From: Candidatus Poribacteria bacterium
Lineage (GTDB): Bacteria > Poribacteria > WGA-4E > WGA-3G
Direction of reading: 5' to 3'
Assembly: GCA_963665235.2 (NCBI GenBank)
Contig: CAXXLX010000001.1
Span: 3,680,001-3,744,000, forward strand
Length of the DNA stretch: 64,000 bases
The notes beneath the pieces were generated by a model. It was not told where the DNA came from and did no database searches. It was given only the letters and a program-made list of their open reading frames with translations. Every line of letters starts with the position of its first letter. The stretch's first letter is position 1. This document shows, piece by piece, positions 38,917 through 49,763 of this stretch. The position numbers and the translations under genes are program-made.

Positions 38917-39972
38917 ATGCCGATTGTATCTCATGTTGTTTTAAGAGAGTTCGTATACGATATATATCGCGCCGCTGGTGGGACCGAAGAGGATGCACGT
39001 ATCGTTAGTGACCACGTCGTCGATTCTAATCTCGCTGGGCACGATTCCCACGGTGTCATCAACGCTCCGAACTACATCGGTGGCATGTCAGGTGGCCCAT
39101 CAGTAGACAAAATGGAAATTGTCCGGGAGAGTGGTGCAGCAACGGTTATCAATGTGAACGGGGCATTGGGGATGGTTGCAGCACGGAAAGCGATGGAGAT
39201 AGCCGTTGAGAAGGCACGTACCTGCACTATCGGTGCGGTCGGTTTACATCGGTGTGGGCATGCTGGCCGGATGGGTGAATATCCGCCTATTGCTGCACGT
39301 GCGGGGATGATTGGCATCGTCTTGTTGAATGGCGGCGGCCGGTTTATGCATCCGCATGGAGGTACGTCCCGAAGGTTACCTCCGAATCCGATTGCGATAT
39401 CGGTGCCTCGTGCGAACGGCAACCCGCTTCTGTTAGACATGACGCTCAGCGTAGTTGCCGGCGGAAAATTTCTCGTCCAAGAAGCACGTGGTGAACCCAT
39501 ACCGGAGGGATGGTTGATAGATGCAGCGGGCAACCCGGTCACCGATGCCGCTGCGTTTCGTGAACGGGGACAGGATACTGCTGTCATGCCCCTCGGTGGA
39601 TTTCAGTTCGGACACAAAGGCTTCGGACTCGGGGTGATGATAGACGCTATCGCTGGTGGGCTATCCTGGGCAGGATGCAGCAGTGAAAAACCAACGCGCG
39701 GCGCAAGCGGTATTGCAATGTTTGCTATTAACATCGAAGATTTTATTGACCTCGCCGATTATGAACAAGAAATTGAATATCTCGTCGAGTGGGTCAAGTC
39801 ATCAGCAAGGCTACCGGGGGTCGACGAAATTTATGTCCCCGGTGAATTTGAGGAACGGAGCCGAGAGAAACGTCTGAAGGAAGGTATACCGATTGAAGAA
39901 TCAACATGGCAGCGACTTGTTGACGCAGCGAAACGCCTCAACGTTGCTACACCGAACGAGGAGGAAAAATGA
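38917..39972 (+). CDS. Ldh_2 family (malate/L-lactate/sulfolactate dehydrogenase-like) oxidoreductase
   Basis: SNLAGHDSHG, HAGRMGEY, NPIAI, LDMTLS, GHKGFGL, VPGE. Confidence 0.92.
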   Translation: MPIVSHVVLREFVYDIYRAAGGTEEDARIVSDHVVDSNLAGHDSHGVINAPNYIGGMSGGPSVDKMEIVRESGAATVINVNGALGMVAARKAMEIAVEKARTCTIGAVGLHRCGHAGRMGEYPPIAARAGMIGIVLLNGGGRFMHPHGGTSRRLPPNPIAISVPRANGNPLLLDMTLSVVAGGKFLVQEARGEPIPEGWLIDAAGNPVTDAAAFRERGQDTAVMPLGGFQFGHKGFGLGVMIDAIAGGLSWAGCSSEKPTRGASGIAMFAINIEDFIDLADYEQEIEYLVEWVKSSARLPGVDEIYVPGEFEERSREKRLKEGIPIEESTWQRLVDAAKRLNVATPNEEEK

Positions 39973-40580
39973 AAATCTTAACGAGTTTGTTCACCCTTCT
40001 GCTCATCAGTATCACAGGGTGTGCACTGCTAAACCAGCCGATAGATGAACTTGATTCATCACAACTAACCTGCGAAACTAACCCGCGCCTCGTAGATGGC
40101 GATTTGGAAACAGTCAGTGTTCTTACCGTGAACGGTCTCGTCCGAAAAGAGTATAAAATTTTCGAAGGCGGACGCAATGACCCTTTTCGCGAACAGCGGC
40201 AATATGTGACTGAACTTGAAGGCACGCTCCGAACCGAAGCCGTGATAAAACTAGACGCGCCGACCTATGTGTCCCATATTGTGCTTTATCCGGCATCGCG
40301 CATCCCCAAGTTGTCATTAGTGACAACAACGGTCGAGCCCCCACAGTTTAGTGTCTCATTTGAAGCTGTCCGAGACAAACAACACACGGATATAGAGAGC
40401 CTGAAACCGATTCGATTCAACATTGCACGAAAGGTGCTTTATTTACGCATTGGTGCAAACGCAATTGAGGATAAAAAGAATTCCATACGTGGTGAAAACG
40501 ACGCGATTGAAATACCGTTGAAAGGGGCTGAAATCCGCGAGATTAAATTTTACGTCCGAAAATCTGATGAACCGATGTGA
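39969..40580 (+). CDS. Hypothetical lipoprotein
   Basis: Lipobox ITGC; LVDGDLET and IREIKFY suggest a discoidin-like fold. Confidence 0.75.
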   Translation: MKILTSLFTLLLISITGCALLNQPIDELDSSQLTCETNPRLVDGDLETVSVLTVNGLVRKEYKIFEGGRNDPFREQRQYVTELEGTLRTEAVIKLDAPTYVSHIVLYPASRIPKLSLVTTTVEPPQFSVSFEAVRDKQHTDIESLKPIRFNIARKVLYLRIGANAIEDKKNSIRGENDAIEIPLKGAEIREIKFYVRKSDEPM

Positions 40581-40636
40581 GCGAGGCCCTAAAAAGACCG
40601 CAGCACCCCGCGGAAATTTGTATTCGATAAAACATA

Positions 40637-40666
40637 TTGACATATTTCTATAATATTAGGTATAAT
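40637..40666 (+). promoter_or_regulatory. Sigma70 promoter 5 nt before the Rpn start codon (probable leaderless mRNA)
   Basis: TTGACA-18 nt-TATAAT, then ACTTT-ATG; no RBS. Confidence 0.6.
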
Positions 40667-40671
40667 ACTTT

Positions 40672-41583
40672 ATGGCATATTATGATGAAATCATTAAACA
40701 CATTACGGGGAGGTTTCCCAATTCGTTAGCAGCGTTAGCCCTGGGGACATCAAAGATAAAGGTCCTAGGGCAGCTGAACACCGAGCACGTCACGGTTCGG
40801 AGGCATCACAGTGATATGACGTTTCGTATCCGGCTGGCTGATGAGGAGGCTATCCTACATATAGAGGCACAAACCGACGACAGCAGGCATAAACCGATGC
40901 ACCTCCGGATGCTGGCGTATTCGAGTTTTCTTGCCCTTGAACACGGTAAGAAAGTTTATTCAACGGTGTTCTATCTCCGTCCTCCTGCGGGTCAAAATGA
41001 CCTCGGTTTCTATAGCTATGGCAACGAAGAGCTGGGAGGTATATCGTTCCGGTACAACGTCATCCGTGTCTATGACCTGCCGGGTGAGGCGTTTTTAGAC
41101 CCTGCGGCTATAGGATTGCTCCCTTTCACAGCTTTGATGAAACCGCCCGCGGATATGACCCCTCAAGCTTGGGTTGAGAAGTGTATAGAGACGACCCAGG
41201 CAGCGGATGTCAGCCGAGAAATGCGGGCGAACCTTTTATTTGCACTCTCCCTTTTTGGGAGTTTAGTGCATCCGAACGAGCTTTTTCAAGACCCTAGATT
41301 GGAGGCAATCATGCAAGAATCTCCATTTTACGAACTGGTAATACAACGCGGCATCACACAAGGCGATGCACAAGGCTATCAACGCGGCATTGAACAAGGT
41401 GTGCGCGCCAAACAGGATGCTGTTATCAAGTTGCTGACGCACCAATTCCCGGAAATCTCTGATACCGTTGTAAATGAAATCCGACAAATCAAGGAATTCT
41501 CACGGCTTGATACACTCTTCGATCAGATACTCACCGCTAAAACCTTTGAGGATATCGAGCTCAACGGAAGTAGCACACAATAG
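40672..41583 (+). CDS. Rpn family recombination-promoting nuclease/putative transposase (PD-(D/E)xK) with DUF4351-like tail
   Basis: SDMTF...ILHIEAQ...MHLRMLAY; tail MQESPFYE...RGIEQG...LLTHQF. Confidence 0.85.
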   Translation: MAYYDEIIKHITGRFPNSLAALALGTSKIKVLGQLNTEHVTVRRHHSDMTFRIRLADEEAILHIEAQTDDSRHKPMHLRMLAYSSFLALEHGKKVYSTVFYLRPPAGQNDLGFYSYGNEELGGISFRYNVIRVYDLPGEAFLDPAAIGLLPFTALMKPPADMTPQAWVEKCIETTQAADVSREMRANLLFALSLFGSLVHPNELFQDPRLEAIMQESPFYELVIQRGITQGDAQGYQRGIEQGVRAKQDAVIKLLTHQFPEISDTVVNEIRQIKEFSRLDTLFDQILTAKTFEDIELNGSSTQ

Positions 41584-41666
41584 GCATTAGACATTATAAT
41601 GATTTAATCGGAGTATGCAAGCAAAGATAGCGAGGTCTCCTGTCCCTATAAACAAGGGTTCAAATC

Positions 41667-41689
41667 GGGTGGGGAAACCCCGCCCCTAC
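41667..41689 (-). repeat. Solitary GTAG-type REP hairpin
   Basis: Minus strand GTAGGGGCGGGGTTTCCCCACCC. Confidence 0.7.
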
Positions 41690-41812
41690 GCTGAACCGGC
41701 ATAATGTCTCTTAAATAATCTAAGTTGTCACCTTTGTAACATAGTCTACTGACTTTTTCTATAGAACCGTGTTAAGCTAAACACATTACATGTTTGGAGG
41801 ATTAAAACCCGA

Positions 41813-42829
41813 TTGCAAAAACAAGAATTGAAGGGCGTTCCTATACAGAGCAACGCTGAAGTACAAGCCCTTTTTGGGCAGAGCGATACGTTCTTGAAGA
41901 TGATTGAAGACGATTTTGATGTGCGTGTCGTTTTGAAAAGTGACAGCATTGCTGTCATCGGGGAAGATAACAAAAAGGTTGATCAAGTTGTAACGGTATT
42001 AGAATCGCTCCTTCACCGCATCCGCAAAGGAGAACAGATTCAGGCAACCGATATCAACTATGTCATTCGCGCATCAGAGGTCGGTGAAACGACTGGCTTA
42101 GATGAGGGCAAAGCGGAGTCTATTCCGGTGTTCTCAAAACGCGGCGTAATCCGTCCGAAAACTGCCGGGCAAAAAAGATACGTTGAGGCGATTAAGCATA
42201 ATGACCTCGTGTTCGGCATCGGACCTGCGGGAACAGGGAAAACCTACCTCGCTATGGCAATGGCTGTCTCCGCCCTTAAAAGTGGACAAGTGAGCCGTAT
42301 CATCTTGACGCGCCCGGCCGTTGAAGCCGGTGAACGTCTCGGTTTTTTACCGGGCGACATCGCCGCAAAGGTACACCCTTATCTCCGCCCGCTATACGAC
42401 GCATTATACGATATGATGCCACCAGAAACGCTTGACAACTACATTGAACGGAATGTGATTGAGGTTGCCCCAATCGCTTTCATGCGCGGCAGAACTCTTA
42501 ACAATTCTTTTGTCGTTTTGGACGAAGCACAAAACGCAACAATTGAACAGATGAAAATGTTTCTAACACGCCTCGGCTTCGATTCAAAAGCCGTCGTGAC
42601 AGGTGATATTACCCAAACCGATTTACCAACGCACAAAGTCTCAGGACTCGCAGACGCACAAGAAGTCCTCTCCGGAATCAAGGGGATTCAGTTCATATAC
42701 TTCTCAAAAGTGGATGTCGTCCGGCACGCATTGGTGCAACGCATCATCGAAGCTTATGAACAGGCAACACCACAAGATGTAAGACAGATACCGACAGGGC
42801 CAGAAAAACCTGAAGAGGAGCAGCTTTGA
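41813..42829 (+). CDS. phoH: PhoH family ATPase
   Basis: GPAGTGKTYLA, LTRPAVEAGERLGFLPGD, FMRGRTL, LDEAQN, GDITQTDL. Confidence 0.96.
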   Translation: MQKQELKGVPIQSNAEVQALFGQSDTFLKMIEDDFDVRVVLKSDSIAVIGEDNKKVDQVVTVLESLLHRIRKGEQIQATDINYVIRASEVGETTGLDEGKAESIPVFSKRGVIRPKTAGQKRYVEAIKHNDLVFGIGPAGTGKTYLAMAMAVSALKSGQVSRIILTRPAVEAGERLGFLPGDIAAKVHPYLRPLYDALYDMMPPETLDNYIERNVIEVAPIAFMRGRTLNNSFVVLDEAQNATIEQMKMFLTRLGFDSKAVVTGDITQTDLPTHKVSGLADAQEVLSGIKGIQFIYFSKVDVVRHALVQRIIEAYEQATPQDVRQIPTGPEKPEEEQL

Positions 42830-43311
42830 TTGGCATAACGAACACAAGCTGCAGGACAACGTTTGATGTAGCTGTTATTTATAAGGCAGCATTGGCAACA
42901 TTAAAGGCACATTGTGCCGAAACATGTGAAGTTAGCGTCCTCTTAACAGATGATGAAGAGATGCAGCGGCTCAACAATACCTATCGCGGGATTGACGCAC
43001 CGACAGACGTTCTAGCGTTTGCAATGCAGGAAGGCGAAAATGTGGGCGGTACCAATTTGAACCTGCTCGGCGATATCGTTATCTCCTTGGAAACAGCAGC
43101 ACGACAGGCTAAAACCGCAGCACACTCGCTTGAAAACGAAGCCGCATTTCTAACGGTACATGGCATGCTGCATCTACTCGGATACGACCATCAGACCCCA
43201 GCGGAAACTGAAATTATGTTTGAAAAACAGGAAAATATTTGGCGTGCGCTCTGCCCGAAAAAAACAGAGGCCATAAACCCAGTTTCCGCACAAAACACCG
43301 CAGAAACATAA
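42826..43311 (+). CDS. ybeY: rRNA maturation endoribonuclease YbeY
   Basis: LNNTYRGIDAPTDVLAF, HGMLHLLGYDH. Confidence 0.96.
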   Translation: MIGITNTSCRTTFDVAVIYKAALATLKAHCAETCEVSVLLTDDEEMQRLNNTYRGIDAPTDVLAFAMQEGENVGGTNLNLLGDIVISLETAARQAKTAAHSLENEAAFLTVHGMLHLLGYDHQTPAETEIMFEKQENIWRALCPKKTEAINPVSAQNTAET

Positions 43312-43318
43312 CGGAGGT

Positions 43319-44608
43319 GTGATTTTAAGATTGGATGAACTACATTTAGTTATCAAATTGGTTAGCTTAGGGATTCTATTAATTTTAAGCGCGCTGTTCT
43401 CCGCAGCGGAGGCGTTGCTTGCACGATTGACGCGAGCCGATATCCTTTCACTTGCAGAAGAGGGCGGAAAACGTTACGAGGTATTGACCTCCCTCTTACA
43501 CAACCCGCGCCGCTATTCGTTGACGATTATCACAGCGAAAATGCTGCTTATAGTCGCAAGTGTCGTCCTCTTTCTGAAGTTCTGGAACGTAAACGTCTTC
43601 GCGACCGCCGGGCTCGCTGTCGTGCTCCTCGTCGTTTTTACGGAGCTGTTTCCCAAAAACTATGTACAGGGAAGTGGCAGTGGAACAACTATCCGCGCGT
43701 TACGGATTTTACGCGCTGTCTACTGGGGCGGATTCTTAATCCTGATCCCTTTGAACTTTATCGCAAACCTCCTCATCCGTATCTCTGGCGGAAAGGTTAC
43801 GTCTGAACAGGATAGCCTTGTGTCACCAGAGGTACTGGAAACGTTAGATAACGTCGCCGACAGTCAGGAAATTTTAGAACCGGACGACCGAGAAATGATA
43901 GCACGGATTTTAGATTTACCCGATAAAGTCGTCCGAGAAATTATGGTGGCACGAACCGATATGGTCTGTCTCGACCTCGCAACCCCTGAAGCGGAAGTCT
44001 TACAGACAACAATTGCATGTAGACATACCCGTATCCCTATATATAAGGAGACTATTGACGATATTGTCGGAATTTTGCACGTCAAGGATATGTTAGATTA
44101 TTGGGCGCAAGGAAAACCGATTAATCTGAACGAACTTATCGTTGACCGGTCACCTTTCTTCACGCCTGAAAGCAAAAATATTTCGGAACTGTTCCGCGAA
44201 CTGCGCGAACATAAACAACACATCGCTATTGTCGTAGATGAATACGGCGGTACAGCCGGAATTGTAACCCTAGAGAATATCATTGAAGAAATCGTCGGCG
44301 AAATCCAAGATGAGGACGAAGCGGACGAGCAAGAGGAATACGTCCAAACCGGACCTAACACCTATTCTGTTGATGCCAGACTAAACCTCGTTGAATTGAA
44401 CGAAAAACTCAGCACAGCATTGGAGGCTGAGAATATTGATACCATCGGCGGCTTTGTCGTAGACCATCTCGGACGCGTCCCTGAAGCGAACACCGTTTTT
44501 GACTACCGAGGTATCCGTTTTACGATACTGGAGGCAGACGAACGGCGAATCCATCGTATCCAAATTCAGATGCCGCAAACGGCTGACGAGGATGCAGATT
44601 CCGAATAA
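43319..44608 (+). CDS. HlyC/CorC (CNNM-CBS-CorC) family transporter
   Basis: SALFSAAEA, ELFPK, VREIMVARTDM, VVDEYGGTAGIVTLENIIEEIVGEI. Confidence 0.93.
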   Translation: MILRLDELHLVIKLVSLGILLILSALFSAAEALLARLTRADILSLAEEGGKRYEVLTSLLHNPRRYSLTIITAKMLLIVASVVLFLKFWNVNVFATAGLAVVLLVVFTELFPKNYVQGSGSGTTIRALRILRAVYWGGFLILIPLNFIANLLIRISGGKVTSEQDSLVSPEVLETLDNVADSQEILEPDDREMIARILDLPDKVVREIMVARTDMVCLDLATPEAEVLQTTIACRHTRIPIYKETIDDIVGILHVKDMLDYWAQGKPINLNELIVDRSPFFTPESKNISELFRELREHKQHIAIVVDEYGGTAGIVTLENIIEEIVGEIQDEDEADEQEEYVQTGPNTYSVDARLNLVELNEKLSTALEAENIDTIGGFVVDHLGRVPEANTVFDYRGIRFTILEADERRIHRIQIQMPQTADEDADSE

Positions 44609-45025
44609 TTGAGAACTCTCATGAAACTCTGTTTACAAACCCTGGCAACTTCAATCACACTGATTGTTATTTTCTTGGCAGGCTGCATAGACCCGTCTAC
44701 CGTAAAGCCAAATGAGGTAACGCCCAAACCGCGCGGCAAAACGGCAAAGGTATCTCCAAAGAACTTCGTTAATCTGGAGTACCTTGCTACCCTAAAAGGT
44801 GTAGAATATATAGAACTCGCACGCGAAAAGAAAGGGGGAATCCCTCTGCCGTGGGAACCGCTCACTGTTTCTGTAGACACGTGGAAAAGGCGATTGGAAA
44901 AACAAAAGGAATTGCTCCTAGGCATGAGATCAAAACAGATAACTCTTGAAGAATATAATGAACAAACACTCCAAGTTTATCGGGAAGATGGTCTTGTAAC
45001 GACTATCCATGCAGCTAATAATTGA
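44609..45025 (+). CDS. Hypothetical lipoprotein (possibly the N-terminal part of a frameshifted gene)
   Basis: Lipobox LAGC; overlaps the next ORF by 17 nt. Confidence 0.6.
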   Translation: MRTLMKLCLQTLATSITLIVIFLAGCIDPSTVKPNEVTPKPRGKTAKVSPKNFVNLEYLATLKGVEYIELAREKKGGIPLPWEPLTVSVDTWKRRLEKQKELLLGMRSKQITLEEYNEQTLQVYREDGLVTTIHAANN

Positions 45026-45572
45026 ACTATGGCGAGTTCAATTGACGACGGCGTTTCGAGAATGGTCGAACCTTGTGTATGCCGAAAATCCTGATGATTT
45101 TGATACCTTGCTGCTGTGGGTACTCGCAGGGGGAATGGATGGGAATTGGGTACATCCTTATGGTGCAGAAAAGACAGCAGCGACCCGGCGTTTGTATGAA
45201 ATGAACCCGAACCACCCCTGGGTCCTTCACAAACTTGCCAAATGTCTTCTGGGAACAAACCCACAAGAGGCACTCGGTTACGCACAAAAGGCACAAGAAT
45301 TAGACCCGCGTTATCTTCCGTTGGGTGTTGAGGGATTATGTTACTTTCAAATGGGTGATTACCAAAAAGCATTAGCATCGTTTCTACGCTCACATCAAAA
45401 TGCGGTGGTAACCTCACAACCCTCTTACATCATCAAAGCTATCAGTGTGTGGGTAGGTCAAGCAGAAGATGTTGTGAACAGTAGAGGCGAAGGGGAGGAA
45501 ATACGTGAAAAGATAAGAAAAGCTGGGCAACCTATCCTCGGTCGTGAGCTACCTACAAGGTTGTACCGATAA
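45009..45572 (+). CDS. TPR-repeat protein (possibly a C-terminal fragment)
   Basis: EALGYAQKAQELDPRY...GLCYFQMGDYQKALASF. Confidence 0.7.
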   Translation: MQLIIELWRVQLTTAFREWSNLVYAENPDDFDTLLLWVLAGGMDGNWVHPYGAEKTAATRRLYEMNPNHPWVLHKLAKCLLGTNPQEALGYAQKAQELDPRYLPLGVEGLCYFQMGDYQKALASFLRSHQNAVVTSQPSYIIKAISVWVGQAEDVVNSRGEGEEIREKIRKAGQPILGRELPTRLYR

Positions 45573-45646
45573 AACAAAAATATCCGATGTACATAAGGAA
45601 TGTTGCCACACCCATCATACCAAAGAATGCCTAAGATTAAAAAAAT

Positions 45647-45676
45647 TTGACAAAGGTCCTAAGTTTGTGGTATAAT
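45647..45676 (+). promoter_or_regulatory. Sigma70 promoter of tRNA-Pro/recO
   Basis: TTGACA-18 nt-TATAAT with extended TG. Confidence 0.7.
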
Positions 45677-45699
45677 ATATATGTTATGAAAACGAAAAA

Positions 45700-45774
<75 letters not shown>

Positions 45775-45797
45775 TTTTATCTCCGCTGGATAAAAAC

Positions 45798-46562
45798 ATG
45801 CCTATCCAAAAAACCCCAGCAATTGTGCTTCGCGCTTTTCCGCTGCGCGAAGCACATAAAATCATCACCTTCTATACACCAGATTTTGGTAAAGTTAAAG
45901 CTGTCGCCTACGGGGTCAAAAGCCCAAAAAGTCGACTCAGCGGCAGTTTGGAACTGCTTAACCACGGCATGCTTTTTTTTAACTATCGCGAAAACAGAGA
46001 ATTGCAAAGTCTTAGCAACTTTGAGATGATAGAAGGGTTCGATGGAATTCGCACCGATTTTACACGGATTACCTACGGATGCTATTTCGCCGAATTAGTC
46101 GACGCTATGGCATTAGAGGGGGATGCAAACCCCGCCATCTTTAATTTACTCCGAAATACCTACCACGTTTTAACCGATACCGAGGATGTCCGACTGCTCG
46201 CCCGGGTTTTTGAAATTAAATTTCTCGACCTGGTAGGGTATGCTCCGCAACTTTCGCAGTGTGCCTATTGTGATTCCGTTCCTGAAAACGCAGGCGCAAC
46301 TACGCGACTATTTAGTGTGCCACATGGCGGACTGCTTTGCACGAAGTGTCAACATAAAGACATTACCGCATTTTCAATGGCACCCGGCAGTTGCGAATTG
46401 CTAAAGGCATTACGGAAATCGGAGTTGAGCAAACTAAACCGAATTCGTGCTTCTACGCGTAATCACCGTGAACTGAAACTGGTGCTCAGTAGTTTTATCC
46501 AATACCATACAGAGCGAAATCTGAAAAGCCTCCGATTCATTGAAACCGTTTTAGACGTGTAA
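45798..46562 (+). CDS. recO: DNA repair protein RecO
   Basis: AIVLR...EAHKIITFYT..GKVKAVAYG..KSRL; Zn-binding CxxC...CxxC. Confidence 0.95.
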   Translation: MPIQKTPAIVLRAFPLREAHKIITFYTPDFGKVKAVAYGVKSPKSRLSGSLELLNHGMLFFNYRENRELQSLSNFEMIEGFDGIRTDFTRITYGCYFAELVDAMALEGDANPAIFNLLRNTYHVLTDTEDVRLLARVFEIKFLDLVGYAPQLSQCAYCDSVPENAGATTRLFSVPHGGLLCTKCQHKDITAFSMAPGSCELLKALRKSELSKLNRIRASTRNHRELKLVLSSFIQYHTERNLKSLRFIETVLDV

Positions 46563-46746
46563 TTCTATACACATATCGATATTTTTTCTAAAAAAAATTG
46601 CTTGACATATTTCGAAAAATATGATATTCTATTGATATTATGTTGGTGAGGTTTTGCCATCATTCCCCTTTAAATGCTATCACCTCGTCAACAGACCGTG
46701 CGAAGTAGGATACTATTATTTAAAAGCTAAAAGGAGTACTGGTAAA

Positions 46747-49700
46747 TTGAAAGTAGATAACATCTTAAAAACATTACTGTGTGTTCTGAGCATCTGCATG
46801 TTCATAACCGTAGTTGGTATTCATACCGCTTCTTCTGCCACAATCGGTAAAATTTCCGGGATTGTTACAGCGGAAGCGACAAAACAACCGTTGGCGAACG
46901 TCACTGTCACAATTGTCGGGACAAGTAGCACGGCAACGACAAACGATGCCGGTTACTATGTCATGACCAACATTCCCCCAGGCGGCTATGATGTAAAAGT
47001 TGAAATTGCTGGTTACCGTTCCAAGACTATTTCCGCAGCAAAGGTTTTCACAGGGCTCACCACAACCCTAAACTTTGCGTTAGAAGTCTCCGAAGTTGTT
47101 GAACTTGAAGGCGTAACGGTAACAGCTACCAAACCCCTAATTAAGAAGGACGTTACGCAGACAACGCGGATTATTGAAGCAGACGAAATTGCGTCTATGC
47201 CACGTGACACGGTAAACGGCATTTTGCAAACGCAAGCGGGTGTCTCAGTGTTAAACTCAACTGGCAGCCTCCATATTCGCGGTGGTCGCTCCATGGAGGT
47301 TAAATATCTTATTGACGGTATTCCAGTAAACGACCCGATTTTCAGCGGTTTTGGCGTACATATCAGCACGAACGCGCTTGAACAGATGGAAGTCATCACC
47401 GGCGGGTTCAATGCGGAACATGGCAACGCACAATCTGGGATTATTAATCTTGTTACGAAGGTCGGGCGGCAAAACTTTTCTGGCAGAATCCGCTACCGAG
47501 TTGGGCAGTGGGCACAACATCACGGCGACCCAGTATACGGCTCATGGCGCGATCCGGACAACGGTTTCCAACCTGTCGCGCTTGAACCTTTCAGAGGCAT
47601 TTTCATCGGTGAACCCCACGATTATCAAACCCCCTACAGAGGTCAAGACGTTACCGTCGAGGAGCTAGCAGAACGAGAAGGGGATGACAAGGTAGTCTTC
47701 ACAGAAATCCTCCCTGGCGTGTATGCGGATAGAACAGAAAACCCGCTCCTTCCGGTGATAGACCCCGATACAGGGGAAGCGAAGGTTGACCCCGATACAG
47801 GCGAAACGATTATGGAACGTCAACCTTATACGGATGCCGATGGCACCGTTATCGACTATGAGAAAAAACAGGTCACGCTCATAGATGGCTACATCGTAGA
47901 TCTGGAACAGTATAGCGGGTTATTCAACGATACCAAAAAGTATGACCTTTCGCCAAGTCATGTCGGAGAATTTGCACTCAGCGGCCCCATCTTGGGCAAC
48001 CGCTTGACCTTCTCCCTCGCCAGCCAGCTGCGCCGAGATGAAAGCTATTTACCCAATAGTGGTGGGGATGGGTATACCCTTCAGGGGAAACTCAAGTTTG
48101 AAGTAACACCTGAACTTAAACTCACCACAAGCGGTCTGTTCGATACGCGCGAAAGTTTCTCTTACGGTGGCGGTCTCCGATTTGCGCCTGATGCAATACC
48201 GGTGGGTACGAGAGATTCGCGAAACCTCTCGATTCAACTCTCACATAATCTCAGCTCCGGCACCTTTTATACCCTTACGTTCGGCCAGTTCTACCGGACC
48301 GTTTCAAGCAATCAGCCCGGAAAAGTGTGGGATCCGTTGAATAAAACGTTTGAGGAAAATGCCTACGACCCTGAAAAATCCTTCGAGCAGAATCAGGAAG
48401 AGGGACGCATTAGAAACCCACCGAAGGAGGCATATAACGACACAACCTACGCAATCGCGGGAGACAACGAATCCTGGGCCGACCGCAATTCGACCACCTC
48501 CATCTTTAAAGCGGATTTCGCAAGTCAGGTAACAGCGAATCATCAACTCCAGACAGGTATTGAATTCACCACAAATCACCTCTACAACCTGGGAACATCA
48601 AATTACGGAAGTTCAAACCTCTATATGGAGTATTATGACGTAACGCCTTCATCCATGACTCTCTATGCACAAGATAAGATGGAGTATGCGGGTATGATTG
48701 TCAATGCAGGTTTACGGTATGATATGCATAATCCGGATGGGGTTTCCCCCGCCGATCCGTTAGACCCGCTTGAATTGAATGACGATGGCACTATCAAATT
48801 GGATAAGACCGTTTATAAGGTTGGGCTCCCTGTCATTAAAGACCCGGTTGAGCCTTCTACTAAACATACCATCTCACCGCGACTCGGCATCTCCTTCCCG
48901 GTTACCGACAGGGCAAAGTTGCACCTGACTTACGGGCACTATTACCAGATGCCACGGGGCGATGATCTCTACGAAAATCTTAGCTTTGATATGCGTGGTG
49001 CCATCCGAAGAAGAGGAAACCCGGACCTCGAACCCGAACGGACTATCGCCTACGAAGTTGGTGTTACCCAACAGTTCACCGATGATTTAACCGTTGACAT
49101 TACAGGATTTACCAAGGATATTGATAACCTTATCAGTAGCATACATGTCGACATCACAAACGATTACAGCTATTTTATCAACGACATCTACGGACGCGTT
49201 CAAGGCGTTGAGCTCACAGTTCGTAAGTGGCGCACGGCACAAAGTCGGGTCTCCGGTATGCTGAGTTACACCTATTCTGTTGCGAAAGGCAAGGGTTCCA
49301 GTCGAAATTTAGGATACCTCACCTATTACCGGCAACAGCCTGAAGTCACCGAAAGTCATCCGTTAGCCTGGGATCAGCGGCACATCGTTTCTGGGACGTT
49401 AGATATCCAATTGCCGTTTAATTCCTCAGTCAACTTTGTCGGACGGTATGGTAGCGGTTTACCCTATACCCCGAATCCACGGTCACCGACTAAGCCTGAT
49501 ATCAACTCGAAGCGTTACCCAGCAACTTACAATGTTGACGCGCTTATCAGCAAACGGAGCCGAATTGGGGGGATAACGTATACCTTCTTTGCGGACATTC
49601 GGAACATCTTCAACACGAAGAATCTGGATGACCTGCTCGATGCAGTCACCTATGATCGATACGGTATTCCGCTTACTTCACAGAAGCATACCAGTCCGTT

Positions 49701-49752
49701 TTCGTGGAGTTCGCCACGCTTAGTGATGGTAGGCGTAAGTTTGGATTTTTAG
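46747..49752 (+). CDS. TonB-dependent receptor with N-terminal carboxypeptidase-regulatory-like domain
   Basis: GKISGIV, plug HIRGGRS.EVKYLIDG, TGGFNAEHGNAQSG, GNPDLEPERT, terminal F. TTG start after AAGGAG. Confidence 0.92.
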   Translation: MKVDNILKTLLCVLSICMFITVVGIHTASSATIGKISGIVTAEATKQPLANVTVTIVGTSSTATTNDAGYYVMTNIPPGGYDVKVEIAGYRSKTISAAKVFTGLTTTLNFALEVSEVVELEGVTVTATKPLIKKDVTQTTRIIEADEIASMPRDTVNGILQTQAGVSVLNSTGSLHIRGGRSMEVKYLIDGIPVNDPIFSGFGVHISTNALEQMEVITGGFNAEHGNAQSGIINLVTKVGRQNFSGRIRYRVGQWAQHHGDPVYGSWRDPDNGFQPVALEPFRGIFIGEPHDYQTPYRGQDVTVEELAEREGDDKVVFTEILPGVYADRTENPLLPVIDPDTGEAKVDPDTGETIMERQPYTDADGTVIDYEKKQVTLIDGYIVDLEQYSGLFNDTKKYDLSPSHVGEFALSGPILGNRLTFSLASQLRRDESYLPNSGGDGYTLQGKLKFEVTPELKLTTSGLFDTRESFSYGGGLRFAPDAIPVGTRDSRNLSIQLSHNLSSGTFYTLTFGQFYRTVSSNQPGKVWDPLNKTFEENAYDPEKSFEQNQEEGRIRNPPKEAYNDTTYAIAGDNESWADRNSTTSIFKADFASQVTANHQLQTGIEFTTNHLYNLGTSNYGSSNLYMEYYDVTPSSMTLYAQDKMEYAGMIVNAGLRYDMHNPDGVSPADPLDPLELNDDGTIKLDKTVYKVGLPVIKDPVEPSTKHTISPRLGISFPVTDRAKLHLTYGHYYQMPRGDDLYENLSFDMRGAIRRRGNPDLEPERTIAYEVGVTQQFTDDLTVDITGFTKDIDNLISSIHVDITNDYSYFINDIYGRVQGVELTVRKWRTAQSRVSGMLSYTYSVAKGKGSSRNLGYLTYYRQQPEVTESHPLAWDQRHIVSGTLDIQLPFNSSVNFVGRYGSGLPYTPNPRSPTKPDINSKRYPATYNVDALISKRSRIGGITYTFFADIRNIFNTKNLDDLLDAVTYDRYGIPLTSQKHTSPFSWSSPRLVMVGVSLDF

Positions 49753-49763
49753 TTGAATAGAAT

